The position numbers were made by a program, and so were the translations under genes. A stretch of 64,000 bases of DNA, from assembly GCA_951406725.2 (NCBI GenBank), contig OX597833.1, positions 4,092,001 through 4,156,000 of the forward strand, in the 5' to 3' direction. The stretch comes from Octopus vulgaris. Taxonomy: Eukaryota. This document shows, piece by piece, positions 61,719-64,000 of this stretch. Numbering within the stretch: the first letter of the stretch is position 1; each line of letters starts with the position of its first letter. Below the pieces are notes generated by a model. The model saw only the letters and a list, made by a program, of their open reading frames with translations. It did not search any database and was not told the origin of the DNA.

Positions 61719-62164
61719 CTGCAAAACAAACATAGAATATTATATATAAAGTCAATCCAAACAAGAAAGCACAAAAAAACACAACAACGTGAGGACGTGG
61801 AACAAATATATTTTTATTGGATGCTCAGGAAAGAAGGAAAGAAGGAAGGTTTAACGTTTCGAGAAGAGCTCTTTGTCGGAAACATAGGAGAAGGAAAGAT
61901 CCAGAGAAGGGAAGACAGAGGAAAAAAAATCGCCAACGGTACACACGAGGTCACATTATATATACATACATAGACAGATAAATAGATAGATGTCAATGTA
62001 TATATGTATGTATGTGCGAGTGTGTGTGTGTATAGTCTTTTGTGACAGAAACAGCTGTCGGATTAAATTAATTAAATAAATAATCCTTGTTACAATAAAA
62101 AAACTTGTTCCATTCACTTGATAACATTTATTGGAGTCCGTCTAATAAATCAATTCTTCCAATG

Positions 62165-62201
<37 letters not shown>

Positions 62202-62220
62202 TGTGTGTGTGTGTATGTAT

Positions 62221-62532
62221 ATCACCGTGATCACCGTGACCGACCAGGCTATCAGATGTTGCTACACATTGCTGGTCACAATGTGCTTCGCATTGTTTTA
62301 GCCTTCAAATGACGTCACCCCGCTAGCTAAGCGAGCAAGCCAACAGGAGAAAGAGTGAGAGAAAGTTGTGGCGAAAGAGTACAGCAGGGATCGCCACCAC
62401 CCACTGCCGGAACATCGTGGAGCTTTAGGTGTTTTTGCTCAATAAACATTCACAATGCCCGGTCCAGGAATCGAAACTGCGATCCTATGACCGCGAGTCT
62501 GCTGCCCTTACCACTGAGCCATTGCGGTTCCA
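62221..62532 (-). mobile_element. SINE family D
   Basis: Match to 44107-44417. Confidence 0.85.
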
Positions 62533-62543
62533 CTATATGTATG

Positions 62544-62644
<101 letters not shown>

Positions 62645-62682
62645 TAATATATAATATATATATATATAATATATATATATTG

Positions 62683-63019
62683 AAGGCGCATGGCTCAGTG
62701 GTTAGAGCATTGAGCTAACGATCGTGAGGTTGTGAGCTCGAATCCCGGACCAGGCTGCGTGTTGTGTTCTTGAGCAAGGCACTTTATTTCACGTTGCTCC
62801 AGTTCACTCAGCTGTAGAAATGAGTTGCGACGTCACAGGTGCCAAGCTGTATCGGCCTTTGCCTTTCCCTTGGATAACACTGGTGGCGTGGAGAGGGGAG
62901 GCTGGTTTGCATGGGCGACTACTGGTCTTCCATAAACAACCTTGCCCGGACTTGTGTCTAGGAGGGTAACTTTCTAGGTGCAATCCCATGGTCATTCATG
63001 ACCGAAGGGGGTCTTTACC

Positions 63020-63021
<2 letters not shown>
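62683..63021 (+). mobile_element. tRNA-derived SINE (further family) inserted in (TA)n
   Basis: TGGCTCAGTGG A-box, GAGCTCGAATCCC B-box, non-tRNA body. Confidence 0.8.
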
Positions 63022-63116
<95 letters not shown>

Positions 63117-63429
63117 CATAGGGAAATGAAAAGAATCCTTTAAGTAAAGTATGATTTTAAAACCTTAGAAACCTAGGGAATAATGCCCTGAACGGAAGAA
63201 GTATTTTTATCTGGAAAAATATTATTTATATATATATAGTTGGAATCTATATAAAAAAAACAAAACAAAAGACAAAAAAAGGTGTGTAAACAACAAACAG
63301 ATGTATTAGTTTAACACTCGGGAAGTGAGAAAGTCTTTTATGTTTCGAGCCCACGCTCTTCGACAGAGAGGAACACAGAAATAAGCAGAGAGAGAAAATG
63401 AAAAAGGTTTAGTGGCTAGTGATCAATCA

Positions 63430-63485
<56 letters not shown>

Positions 63486-63729
63486 TCCTTTTCATAAACA
63501 TAGAGAATACCTTAAATATAAAGGTTGCAAGACGCAACAAAAAATTTTAGGAAAATAAAAATAAGAAATAAGTGGACATTTTACTTGTGAGTGTGTTAAA
63601 TTATAAGGCACAAAAAGAAAATGACTCTCCCCAGACACAACAGTGTATATATATATATATATACCGGAGAAAACACATAAATGTGAAACAAGGTAGAAAA
63701 AAGAGTACTCAAATACCAGTGGTAGAGTA

Positions 63730-63897
63730 ATATGCTTTATTCAAAAGCAGCAGAAAATTCAACAAAACCTGTTACTTAGTTTCACGTTGCTGTCGGACAG
63801 TTTTTGCTAGAATTCTAGCAAAAACTGTCCGACGAACGGGAACGTGAAACTTAGAGTAACAGGTTTTGTTGAATTTTCCGCTGCTTTTGAATAAAGT
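63730..63897. repeat. Palindrome centred on GAATTC (about 63812) containing a hammerhead-like motif
   Basis: Inverted arms of about 80 bp; CTGT-CCGACGA-ACG-GGAA-CGT-GAAA-CTTAGA-GTA^ACAG at 63825-63862. Confidence 0.75.
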
Positions 63898-64000
63898 ATA
63901 TATACATATATATATGACACACACACACACAATATATATATATGTGCATTATATATGTGTGTGTGTGAATATAAATGGAGAAACATCAAGAAATGTGTAA

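Noticed and set aside
62683-62760. tRNA genes at SINE heads (also 27726 and 3208)
   Set aside because: A and B boxes are present but there is no complete cloverleaf; they continue into multi-copy SINE bodies.

Overview
Eukaryotic, AT-rich, microsatellite-dense genomic DNA. The SINE families and repeat landscape look like an octopus (cephalopod) genome; this is inferred from pattern recognition, not from a search. The window is dominated by a minus-strand, intron-rich gene with 38 recognisable coding exons, all phase 1-1 with GT-AG boundaries. In transcription order: a split C-type-lectin-like domain (2 exons), 29 one-domain EGF exons (28 x 111 bp, 1 x 114 bp), a second split C-type-lectin-like domain (2 exons), one MEGF/laminin-type EGF exon, then after a 7-kb gap four very basic MEGF-like cysteine-rich exons that run off the left edge (same gene or a neighbour). 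No start/signal exon and no transmembrane exon is visible. The introns carry several tRNA-derived SINE families, truncated RTE, CR1-like and R4/Dong-like LINEs, non-autonomous Helitrons, TTAA (piggyBac-type) MITE trimers, a decayed Tc1/mariner element, Penelope-type palindromes and several type-I hammerhead ribozyme motifs. One hammerhead (12768-12850) is fully canonical and lies on the sense strand of the host pre-mRNA. Most entries of the supplied ORF track are microsatellite or SINE read-throughs. Exon coordinates were counted by hand; repeat boundaries are approximate.
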